A stretch of DNA of 64,000 bases, taken from contig OX597817.1 in the NCBI GenBank assembly GCA_951406725.2, positions 39,556,001 through 39,620,000 of the forward strand, in the 5' to 3' direction. The notes under the pieces were generated by a model. The model did not search any database, had not been told where the DNA came from, and was given only the letters and a program-made list of their open reading frames with translations. Positions 13,201-26,242 of this stretch are shown one piece after another. Within the stretch, counting starts at the first letter, position 1; each line of letters starts with the position of its first letter. This DNA is from Octopus vulgaris (lineage: Eukaryota). Made by a program: the position numbers and the translations under genes.

Positions 13201-16200
13201 ATTTCAGTTATTTCTACCAGATAGAGTCACAATGTAGAATTTCACACTTTGACTCATGTATTTGATACCTCATGGCTCATTCGTGTATTTATTACTAGCT
13301 AGTGTACTCGGTAATTCCTGGGGGTAAAGATGTTCTATTGAAATGCCTAATTACTCCGATATAAGAAAGCAATTTCGTTAGAACTGCCATGAAAGGTTAT
13401 TTTCCATTGCGAAAAAGTACAAAAACTGTCAGCTGGAGGAGGGAGAAATTGTTGGAGGTTGGCAAGAAAGTACTCTGACTCATCATGGCATTTTAAATCT
13501 GAACTTTATGAAGGCTAATTTATTAAAGATAATATAGAAATGTAGTATATATATATACATATATATATATATATAAATATATATATATATAAATGAAGTG
13601 TTTAATGTTTAAGAATGAAATGAAGAAAGTGCAGTGCAATAATAAAGTTCACACTCACTGATGGTCACAGTTTTATAACTATGGAAAAGCAGCCAGAAGG
13701 ATAGACATATTGTTGAGAACAAATGATTTCGTTGGAGGCCTGTTTTCTCCATTCCAGCCCCTGGTAGCCTAGAAGAGGTTAGAAGGGTCAAGTGGCAAAG
13801 ACATTATTCTGCTTAGTGAAGGCATCTTGGAAATGTATAACTGCTGTCATTCACAGAAAAACTATTGTTTTACCATGAGAAAAGCGCTGTTGAAGTGTTA
13901 AGTGAAATTTGGCAATCGAGGATCAAATCCATGCTATACTTGCATGAAGCCACTACAAATACATTGTGGAATAAAAAATTTATCTACTTTCATGGAAAAT
14001 GCAGAATTATCTGAGTAATGGGCATTCAAAAAAGTATATATGTATAGAAATGTATGAATGAGGTCTTTAAGGGTTAAAATTCAAATCAAGGAAGTGCAAT
14101 AATAATGCTTAGCAGTTCAAAACTAAGTAGTGAAATGCAGAATTAGGTTGGTTGATCGTGAGAATCAAATATTGATCACTTTGCTAAAAACTCCAGGTGA
14201 TATGGGTTATTTCCTTTGAGTTATTTAAATAAAATATTAGTAATATGTAGTAGATAGAAGGATCCATTGGAGGGTCCTATTATCAATTTTTTTCAACAAT
14301 CTAAGTATGTCACGAGGTTTCCAGACAGGAGTTCTACTCATGTATCAAATAAAGTATAAATGTGATATTGTCTGCAAAGATTAGAAATTGGACACACAAA
14401 AAATCAATATTCAAAATAATTGAATATAAACAATGAAACCTGTAAAATATTTCTAAATTTCATGAAAATGTATAAACTGTAAATAAGCAATAAATATTAT
14501 GATTTGCAAAATAAGTATGTGATACAGGGTGTCTCAACTGAATGTGGTGTGGAAGTTTGGTTTCATTTTTTAAGAATTTTAAGCATTCAAAGTATGAGTT
14601 CACTGTATTGGGACACACTTATTAAATACATTCTGGAATCAAAAATTTATGTACTGTCATCAAAAAATTTTAACTGAAAAAATGCAGAATCATTGGAGTT
14701 ATGGGCATTGAAAGTATACATGAATCAAGAAAGTGCAATAATAAGGTTTAGCAGTTGAAAACTGAGTAGTGAAATGCAGAATTAGGTCTGCTGATTGTGA
14801 GAATCATATATTGATTGCTTTGCTAAAAACTAACAATTGTAAGTGCAGGTGCTATGAGTTATTTCCCTTGGATGTTTAAAAAAAATAGTTATATGAGGTA
14901 GATATAAAGATCCCTTCCAGGGGCTGTATTATCGATGTTTTTCAACAATCTAAGTATGTCACGAAGTTTTCAGACATGAACTCTATTCACGTGTCAAGTT
15001 TCATCAAAATCAATAAAACGATGTAGGAGGAATTAGCTAACGACAACACAAGCAAACACACACCGATTTTCCACATATGTAGTAGATAAGTAAAAAACTT
15101 CATTTATACTAATGTCTAACATAACAGACTGTAAGATCTTTGAGTAGTTTATAGAGATGATGAACTGATGGTATTAATATAGACCATAAAGATAATATAG
15201 ACAATGTAGTTAATATAGACCATGAAGTAAATATAGACAATTAACATAATGCAGTCTTTGGAGATCACAATTTTTAATTTTAATCTGAGGATGCGGGTGG
15301 TTCTCAGACTTGAGAGTTACTTCCAGACTGGTTAGGTTGTTATTATAGCATTTCTGTTGGTTGATGTCTGTGGGGAAAACTTGAGCCAGCTGGGAGTTCC
15401 AAGGAATTGCTATTCAGGGAAGCAAAATACTGAAGAAAAAGGAAAAATACTTTTATTCAGTATCTGTTGCTAAATTTTAAAATGAAATAATGAAATTAGA
15501 GAGAGAGAGAAAAAGATTTTACTGAAAAATTAAAATTATAAATGCTTGATTTTACAATTAGAAGTCATTATAGAAAAATAGTGAATAAATGAATAAATTT
15601 ATTTTTCTCATTCTTCATCATGTGATGGCTTTTGTCTGGCATTCTTTCGTGACACTTCAATAACATTGCTTCAAGTGAACTACATAGTCTTACTTTCATT
15701 AAGATGTGAGATGATCATAGAAAATTCATTTGCAATGATCGTGACTACCTGCCAGTAAATATGCACCATAATGAGGTGTATTTTATTTTTCTGTATAATT
15801 AGTGTTCTCACATAGTTTTATAGGGCTAGACAAAGCATATTTTTTACTTTAATCACTACATAAAGATAAAGATTCTTGTACTAAGCTAAGCAATCCAGTG
15901 TTATGGAACATGATTTTATTGTAGTATATTATGTATTTTCTCCTCTTGTACTTCTATAGAGAATATTGGGTAGAAATCTGGAGTCTGGGGAAATTTGTGA
16001 TGGTTTTTGTCAGTGCCAGTTAGTTGTTTGATGAATTCAGTTGCTGCGAAGAGTGAAGAATGTAATATCTGGGGATCTTACTCTTCATCTATAAGTAAAA
16101 ACAGTGCAAAAAGCCCCCAGCACGCACTGTTAAGTGGTTGGTGTTAGGGAGAGCACCCGGCCGACTGTGGTTTTGATTCATGGACCTGGCAATGTATTAT

Positions 16201-18042
16201 ATTTTGGGGCAAAATATTTAATTTCACACTGCTATAGTCCACTTGGCTCCCATTCAGAGAGGAATTACATATGCCAGAGAAACTGGGAAACCAGCTCTAT
16301 GTTCCTTACAGAGTAATGTGGACTAACCATAATGTATCTAGTATAACATTATCCTTCTTTTTCTCATATAGTAGAGTGTGATTCGAAGGAGATGGACACA
16401 AAGATGTTCCTTTGTCTGCTCAGTTGAGTTAAACTGCCCATCCTCTTCCCCATTTTTCTGAAGCTCTTCACTATTTGAAAGCTCAACACAAACATCTGGT
16501 TTAGTAAGCTTTCAGTGTGTAAAGTTTAAAAAAAAAGAAACATGTATCTATTGGGTTGTCTGGAAAGTTCGGGCCAATTTTTAAAGGAAAGAAAAAGGTC
16601 AATAAATACTACCCATTACATTTTTAATCAACCAAATATGAACCATTTTGTTGCACAGTGCGTCTCCATCTTTCCTTTAACTTGAAAATGCCCTCTTCCA
16701 AGAATTGAGGTGGTTTCATGGCAAAGAATTCATCAAGGTATCTTTTTATGTCATCCAAGGAATTGAAATTTTTACCATTAAGACTATTCTGCAGAGACCT
16801 GAATAAGTGGAAATCTGAAGGAGCAATATCTGGTGAATATGGAGGGTGGGAAACACATCCTAGCTGAGCTGCAGCAATTTTTGTCTGGTTTCCAAAGCAT
16901 CAAGTGCCGAAAATGAACTTTCTTATATTCCATTTTAAAGGGTTACAGAATTAACACAGGTTATAGGAACATAAACCTTCTTCCATGAGAAGATAGCTTA
17001 AACTATGCTCTAAATGGAGGTGTAGTCAAATCCTATTTTATGGATTCAACCATGTCTTAAAATAAGTCAAAACGTAAGCTACTATAAATCAGCACAAACT
17101 TTCCAGACAACCCAATACAAGTCATCCTAAATAAATGAATAAATAAATAATTACTTTAGAAATATCGTCATAGTAGTCACAGTATTCTCTTACTTTCTAG
17201 AGGCCTTTATTAAACTTGTTGATTAATTAGGAAAGTAGCAGACATAACCAGAAGTTACTAGAATGTTCTTATTCAGATGTTGCATAGGAATAATGGTTTA
17301 TCATTTCTGTTGATGGAAGATGAGTTCTACTTGTCTCACTGCTAAAAATAAAAGCTATCTTATATATTTATCACTGTTAACATTTACTAAATGTTACTAC
17401 TTGTCTTATTCTTTGATATATCGGTTATGTTGACATTACTAAATGCTACTAAATGGTTTTATTATGTTATATGTATTCTTTAATCTCTCACCCTCTGTGG
17501 GGATATACCTTGACATTTGGAAGCAAGCATCAAAATGTACCATTCCAAAGAAAAGCAACCCCACCAACCCAACCCAACCAACAATAGTTAATTTTACAAT
17601 ATTTAAATTTATTGGGAAACTTTACATCTTTAAAAAGGAAATTACACAACAACAAAAAATCTTATAATTTTTCCAAACCTTGTAAATATCTTATTTGGAA
17701 AGTAGGTAAAGGTTAGCATTAGGAAGAGCATCCAGCTGTAAAACTGTCACAAAATAATATATTCACCTATTTCATGGAAACATAGGAAAATGGACATAAA
17801 ACTAACAAATAAACAAACAGACAACATTTAATGTTTATTTGTCCATGATTACATGGGTCAGACAAAATCTGTTGAAATAGATTTTCTATGGGTAGATGCC
17901 CATCCTGTAACCAGTCCCCACCCATTTCCAGGTAAGGTAATATTTCCTTATGCCCTGGTATATTTTTTACAGAAGACTGGAAACGAAGTTGCATGACAGT
18001 GATGCTTGTTCACAAACATCACATAATGTCAAGACAAAGGCA

Positions 18043-18089
<47 letters not shown>

Positions 18090-19825
18090 ATTATGTATAC
18101 ATATAAGACAGGTTTCTTCTAGTTTCTGTCTATCAACTTCACTCACAAGGCTTTGGTCATCCCTAGGCTAGAGTAGAAGATACTTATCCAACATACTGCA
18201 CAATAGGACTGAACCCAAAACCATAAGGTTATGAAGTAAGCTTGTTAACCACACAGCCACCCCTACAACCATAATTTAAATTGAATTTTCATCTGTTCTT
18301 CAGGAATTCATGGCATTCAAAGTCCAGTATGATGTTGAATACAAAGTGTACCGAAGTCTGAAACAGAAAATCTTATCAAAGAAATCTCTGAAGCTTACAC
18401 TGGAAGATTACAAAATGCTGCAAGAACGATGGCTCTCTGTGCAGAAGAAAATCCATCTCTGGTTATTGAAACTAGACAGGAGTCTACCTGGAGAAGTCGG
18501 TGCTTTTTCAGAATGGCTATATAAAGCTGAAGAATATTTGGAGAGAAATTTAGATGTTGTTGAAGATCCAAACAAAATGATTTTGAAAATACATGGATTA
18601 ATTGTTGAACACCAAGTAAGAAATATTTTTACTACTACTACTATGACGCTGCCGATGCTGGCCCCCCTCCCCATTTTAGTAATCACACCATCTTCACCAT
18701 AATTTAGATGATCATCATCCTAACTCCTGTCATCTTGATTGTTGTTGTCATTGCCGCCATCATCATCATCATCATCGCTATCACCATATTCCTCATACTA
18801 AACCCATCAGTATCATGATCATCATCATATTTTAGATAATGGTCATCCTAATTACCATCATAATTACCATTATCATCATCTTCTTCTGCATCCTCCTCTT
18901 CCTCATCATCAACTTTTACCTGAGCATTTAGTTTCAGTGCTTGTATGAGAAGGTCTTGACCTAGTCTTTTTAAGTTCCTTGAATGTATATAAACGTTTTA
19001 GGAATATATTATCAAAAAGAAAAAAAAAGAAGCACAACCAGCACTTGCTGATGAACATGACTCGGAAGCACATACCATGCTTTCATTGATTGTTTTACGT
19101 GGCCATAGTAGCAAAAACCCCAAAACATTGTGGATCATACCTAAATACTACTTTGGCTTTTATTGTACAATATGATTGTGCTATTCCAGTATAGCACTAC
19201 TGGAAGAATGAGAACAATAATATCCAATGGATTATTCCATTTACTTAATTTGTAATTTTCTTTTCGTTTATATTTTTTGTCCAAATCCTGATTGATGAAT
19301 GTCTTCCATATTTTGATTACTCTATTTTAAATTTCTCCATCTTTTTACAGGAAATATTTAAAGATTTACCAACCTATGTGACATTCTTTGCTAAAATCAA
19401 GTCACAAGGTGTCTACAAAGGAGAGAAACTGCCTTCTGCTCAGATTGAACATATGCATGGAAGATTACAACAGGTCACTAATCTGGTTCCTGATAAGATG
19501 TCCATGTTAACATTCCAAAAATCTAGGTTTGGTATCTTGGTCTTCCTAGATCAGACTGAAGCAAAATATAAGGAATGGTCCAAGAAGTTTTCCTCCAGAC
19601 AAAATGTACATCAACTACAAGAAGGTTATCAGGTACAAATGAATATAGTTCTATATTTAAGAATGAGGAATTATGTGCATTATTTACATTATTTACATTC
19701 AACGGATATTTGTCCTCATCTTGTTTGTTGTTAACACATTTTAGCTGATACACCCTCCAGCCTTCTTCAGGTGTCTTGGAGAAATTTCGAACCTGGGTTC
19801 TCATTCCTAAGGTATATTTTTTCGA

Positions 19826-19862
<37 letters not shown>

Positions 19863-20506
19863 GTTCAGGTCACTGCTTGGAATCGAACTCAGAATCTTGG
19901 GATTAGTAGCCTGCGCTCTTACCAATGGGCTTATGGTGTAGTGGTTAAGAGCGCTGACTATTAACCCCAAGATTCCGAGTTTGATTCCAAGCAGTGACCT
20001 GAACAATAATAATAATAATAGTAATAATGACATTGAAAAAAATATACCCTAGGAATGAGAACCCAGGTTTGAAATTTCCCCAAGACACCTAAAGAAGGCT
20101 GGAGGGTATATCAGCCAAAACGTTGTGTTAACAAGAAACAAGATGAGGACAAATATCCATTGAATGTAAATAATGTAAATAATGTACAAATGAATATCTT
20201 TATATTTACTTGATAATTTCTACCCTTTTAAGTTTAGAATATTTTGTGACTATGTTATTGATAGTCACTTTAATTCTAAATGTTCCTGAGACCAGCGTTT
20301 CTCAACCAGGGTTCCCTGGAATCCTAGGGTTCTGCAAAAAGTTCCTAGGGGTTCCACAAGAAAGAGTGAAATAAGCTAAGATTTTTTTGTGTGTGAATGA
20401 AAACTCCATGATGAGGTATCATAAACAAGTAGTATGACTTTTATCTAGCATTACTAATAAATTTGACAAAGAAGCATTTTCTTAAACCAGTTATTATATA
20501 TATAAT

Positions 20507-20564
<58 letters not shown>

Positions 20565-21816
20565 CGTAAGAGTGGCTCTGTGGTAAGTAGCTTGCTTATC
20601 AACCACATGATTCCGGGTTCAGTCCCACTGCGTGGCACCTTGGGCAAGTGTCTTCTACTATAGCCTTGGGTCGATCAAAGCCTTGTGAGTGGATTTGGTA
20701 GACGGAAACTGAAAGAAGCCCATCGTATATATGTATATGTATGTGTGTATATGTTTGTGTATCTGTGTTTATCCCCCCAACATCGCTTGACAACCGATGC
20801 TAGTGTGTTTACGTCCCCGTAACTTAGCGGTTTAGCAAAAGACTCTGATAGAATAAGTACTATGCTTACAAAAAATAAGTCCTGGGGTCGATTTGCTCAA
20901 CTTATGGCATGGCCATAGCCAAATAACTGAAACAAGTAAAAGAGTAACAGTTCATATCCTGTTACTGGTTCCATATGCTGCCTTAGGCATTATGCTAAGC
21001 TTTTACTAGTTCATTTCAAGTAGTAGTAGTAGCAGTAGCAAATAAATAAGTAAATAAATAAAACAAATTAAGAGAAGTAAAAATATATTACAATGTAAAA
21101 AGCCCCATGATGAGTCACAGGTGACTGTTTGAAGTTTCTTCACATGAATGATTTATGATTTTAAGTATTGTAAAATTGTCAACTGTTTCACTTGATTTTA
21201 TCACCAAGCCAAAATCCTTAAATAGGTTTCAGACAACAAAGGAACAATTTCCTAATGTATTCTGCTATGAAACACTTTATGAAGATGAAGTCTTCAATGG
21301 TATCTCCAAGACTGATTACTTATATCATCCATTTTGGGAACAATATTGTCATTTTGTGATAAGCTTCAAATGGGTTATTTCACTGGTTCATAGTATGATT
21401 GGTAATAAATATTATTGGAAGTGAACTGGCAGAATTGTTAGCAAGTTGGACAAAAAATGGTTTAGTGGCATTTCATCTGTTTTTACATTCCGAGTTCAAA
21501 TTCCACAAAGGTTGACTTTGCCTTTCATCTTCCCTGGGTCAATAGAAGCAAGAACTGGTTGAGCACAGGTTTTGATTATTGACTTATCCCCTCTCCTAAA
21601 ATTGCTGACCTTGTGGCAAAATTCGAAACCAGTATTAAGTACATATAGGTGCAGGAGTGGCTGTGTGGGAAGTAGCTTGCTTACCAACCATATGGTTCCA
21701 GGTTCAGTCCCACTGTGTGGCACCTTAGGCAAGTGTCTTCTACTATAGCCTCGGGCCAACCAAAGCCTTGTGAGTGGATTTGATAGATGGAAACTGAAAG
21801 GAGCCCGTCGTATATA

Positions 21817-21869
<53 letters not shown>

Positions 21870-24800
21870 GTATGTATGTGTGTGTATATGTTTTTGTGTC
21901 TGTGGTCTGTGTTTGTCCCCCCAACATCACTTGACAGCCGATGTTGGTGTGTTTACGTCCCCGTAACTTAGCGGTTCGGCAAAAAGAGACCAATAGAATA
22001 AGTACAAGGCTTACAAAGAATAAGTCCTGGGGTCGATTTGCTCAACTAAAGGTGGTGCTCCAGCATGGCCACTGTCAAATGACTGAAACAAGTAAAAGAG
22101 TACAATATTAGCTATATATAAGAGAGCAAGCTGGCAGAGTTGTTAGCATGCTGGGGAAAATGCTTAGCAGTATTTCATCCATCTTTATTTTCTGAGTACA
22201 AATTCCCCCAAAGACAACTTCACCTTTCATCCTTTTGGGGTTCATAAAACAAGTACCAGTTGAGCACTGGGGATCAATGTAATCAGCTTACTCCCTCCCC
22301 CAAAATTGCTGGCCTTGTGCTACAATTTGAAACTAATATTACTGAAAGTGTGTCTAAAAATATCTCTCTGTATTATTGGTTTCAAATTTTGGCACAAGGC
22401 CAGCAATTTAGGGAGAAGGGGGCTAGTTGATTACTTTGACCCCAATGCTCAACTGGTGCTTATTTTATCAACCCTGAAGAGACGAAAGGCAAAGTCGACC
22501 TTGGTGCAGTTTGAACTCAGAAATGCTGCTAAGCATTTTGTCCAGCATGCTAATGATTCTGCTAGCTCGACATTAGTAACATTGTATTATGAGATGGCAG
22601 AAATGTTAGCACGCTGAGCAAAATGCTTAGCAGCATTTCATCTGTCTTTACGTTCTGAGTTCAAATCCCGCCAAGATCGACTTTGCCTTTCATTCTTTCG
22701 GGGTCGATAAATTAACTACCAGTTGCATACGGGGGTCGATCTAATCGACTGCCCCTCACCTCCCCCAAAATTTCGGGCCTTGTGCTTTTAGTAGAAAGGA
22801 TTATTATTACTATTTTCTTAAGGCGGCGCACTTGCCGAAACATTAGCATGCTGGGTGAAATGCTTAGTGGTATTTCATTTGTCTTTACATTCCGAGTTCA
22901 AATTCTGCCAAGGTCTACTTTGCTTTTCATCCTTTTGGGGTTGATTAAATAAGTACCAGTTATGAACTGGGGTTGATGTAATCATCTTAATCACTTTGTC
23001 TGTCCTTGTTTGTCCCCTCTATGTTTAGCCCCCTGTGGGCAATAAAGAAATAAAAAATTATTACTGCTTTCTTTTAAATATGGTGAGCTGACAGAATTAT
23101 TAGAATATTGGAGAAAATGCTTTGTTGTGGTTTCTCCAATGCTTTTTATATGCTGAGTTCAAATACCACTGAAGTCAGTTTTGCTTTTTATCTCTTCTGG
23201 GGTTGGTAAATAAAATAAAATACCAATCAAAGACCAGGTTCAGTGCTGTTGACTAATCCTTTCCCACCAGACTTGCTGGATTTGATTCTTTATTAGAAAC
23301 AGCTACCATTTTTTAAAGATGTTAAACCACATATTCTATGTATCCTGCATTCAGATTACTTATATTTTGTAATTCCAGGGTTTTGTTGTACAAGGAGGAA
23401 TTGACAAAATTTACCAAAGCACTTCTGCAACTTTGAAATCAACTGCTGATGTTTATTTAAAGACAGAAGTTGGTAAGTTTATTTGACCATTTAAAAATTA
23501 CATTGTGTGTGTGTATCATTTAATGTGCATAGTTATATAAGAGCTATTAATAGTTTCATGTGGAGGCACATGGCCTAGTGGTTAGAGCAGCAGACTTGCG
23601 GTCGAGGGATCACGGGTTCGAATTTCAGACCGGGCGATGTGTGTGTTTATGAGCGAAACATCTAAGCTCCATGCAGCTCTGGCAGAAGGTAATGACAAAC
23701 TTCTGCTGACTCTTTCGCCACAACTTTCCATGCTAACATGGATTAGACGATTTGACTGAGGACTGGCGAACCAGATGGCTGCACCAGGCTCCAATCTGAT
23801 CTGGCAGATTTCTACAGCTGGATGCCCTTCCTAACGCCAACCACTCCAAGAGTGTAGTGGGTGCTTTTACTTGCCACTGGCACAAGGGCCAGTCAGGCGG
23901 TACTGACAACAGCCATGCTCAAAGAGTGTTTTTTATGTGCCACCTGCACAGGAGGCAGTCCAGCGGTACTGGCAATGACCTCGCTCAAATGTTTTTCCAT
24001 GTGTCACTGGCACAAGTGCTAGTAAGGCGACGCTGGTGACGATCACGCTCCAAAAACATGTACCACACACACTGATGCATATACACACATATACACTGAT
24101 ACATGCACACACACACACTAATGTACTCACTGATGCACACGCATACTGATGCTTACACACATACATGCATATATACACACTGAATTCCCATCTACCAAAT
24201 CCACTCACAAGTCTTTGGACAGCTATGGGCTATCATAGAAGACACTTGCCCAAAGTGCTGCACAGTGGGACTGAACCTGAGGTCACATGGTTGGGAAGCA
24301 AGTCTTCTTAACTACACAGTTGTGCCTACACCTTTATACATATGAAGTATTAATTTTATTCAATCTGCAATACTATATAAATACATATGTGCATATATGT
24401 GGGATAGAAACTGAAACTATGATGTTGGAAAGTAAGCATCTAAACCCAGGGCCAGCCCTAGGTTTGCTGGTGCCCCAGGCAAGCTGAACTTTCGTGTGTC
24501 CAAGTTGATGGTTATGGAAATTTCCTTGTTTTTGTCATGCCCTCTTTGGCACTCCCAAGTACATGACACCCCAGATAACTGCCTGAATTGCCAGTACCTT
24601 GAAATGGCCCTGTCTTAATCCACAGGTATTCTTCTGTTGAAAAAAGCCCTTTTGTCTTAAGCAAAGGGTTAACCCCTGAAACATCCAATTCCTCTTCTCC
24701 CCATAGGGTAAGAACTTATCCAGAACTTACCAACTTCAAAGAGTTTAATCATCTATATATTTTTCATTTTACAGGTAATGAAAATTCTGATGACATCCAT

Positions 24801-25308
24801 GAATTTATCCAGTGCTGTGATGAGAGATGGAATAAACTATATAATGATGTTGAAATATCTGGTAAAGTTCTTGATGAATCTGCAGAATATTGGAAACAAC
24901 ATGACATTCTGAACCAAAAATTGAATGCCTGGTTAGCTGATGCACAAAAAGCTCTCCAGAAACCATCACCTGAGAAGCAGGTAATGCATAAAACATTGAT
25001 GAATAGTTGATGCACTGTTCTTGTTCTTGTATGCTCTTTGATGTAATCCATCATGTAATTAAAGAATTGAGTAATTAAAGAATTTTGGTAAATTCTTTTA
25101 TTTTTTGAAAAACTTTTTCACTTGTTTCAGTCATTAAGCAGTGGCCATGCTGGGGCACTGTCTTGAAAAATTTTAGTTGAATGGATTGTTCCCAGGAGGT
25201 TTTATTTTTAAAGCCTGGTACTTATTCTATTGACAGCTAAGTTACAGGGACATAAACACACAAACACTGGTTGTCAGGTGGTGGTGGGGGACAAACAAAG
25301 ACACAAAG

Positions 25309-25342
<34 letters not shown>

Positions 25343-26192
25343 GATAGGTTTCTTTCAGCTTCTACCTACCAAATCCACTCACAAGACTTTGGTTGGCACA
25401 AGGATATAGTAGAAAACACTTACCCAAGGTGCTACACAGTGGGATTGAACCCAGAACCATGTGGTTAGGAAGCAAACTCTTACTACACTTTGGTAAACAA
25501 GTTACCTCAAAGTTTGGGGATAGAAGTTTAATGTTTAGTAAATATCATAATTGAATATTCTGATGCAGACATGACTGTGTGGTTAAGAAGTTTGGTTCTC
25601 AACCATATGGTTTTGGGTTCAATCCCACTGCATGGTACCTTGGGCAAGTGTTTTCTACTATAGGCCCTTGTTGACCAGAGCCTTGTGAATCAATTCGGTG
25701 GATAGAAACTGCGGGAAAGCCTTCTGTGTATGTGTGTGTCTTTGTGTTTTCTTCCACCACCACTTGAAAACCAGTGTTGGTTTGTTTACATGCTCATAAT
25801 TTAACAGTTTAGGCAAAAGAGTCCAATAGAACAAATAAAAACTGGGGTTGATATGTTTGACTAAATACAATGACTGAAAGAAGAATACAAATTATATATA
25901 TATAAAATATATATATATAATACTAAATGCGCCCTTTTAAAGCCTAGCCAAGCTCATAGGCCCGGTTTCCCGGTTTCTGTAGCGTATGTGTTCCCCAGCT
26001 GGACGGGATGCCAGTCCATCACAGCATTACTCATTTTTGCCAGCTGAGTGGCCTGGAGCAACATGAAATGAAGTGTTTTGCTCAAGAACACAACGTGTCG
26101 CCCGGTCCAGGAATCGAAACCACAATCTTACAATCATGATGCTGACACCCTAACCACTAAGCCACATGCCTCCACATATATATATGTATATA

Positions 26193-26242
<50 letters not shown>

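Noticed and set aside
15935-16030. Strong-looking acceptor (ttctcctcttgtacttctatag) as an extra exon
   Set aside because: There is no phase-compatible donor before a stop, and the flanking exons already join in frame.
18408-18686. Antisense ORFs over exons (also 24764, 29581, 41672, 49632)
   Set aside because: They are shadows of the sense coding frame with no independent support.
19523-19804. Recurrent peptide [18 protein letters not shown] (also 43553 and 44480)
   Set aside because: It recurs only because the repeat does. The conserved features fit an RNA structure, not a protein.
19927-20000. tRNA genes here and at other A/B-box heads (23559, 34432, 39889, 44347)
   Set aside because: No complete cloverleaf is visible. 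All but 34432 continue directly into a dispersed repeat body, and 34432 is too degenerate to call.
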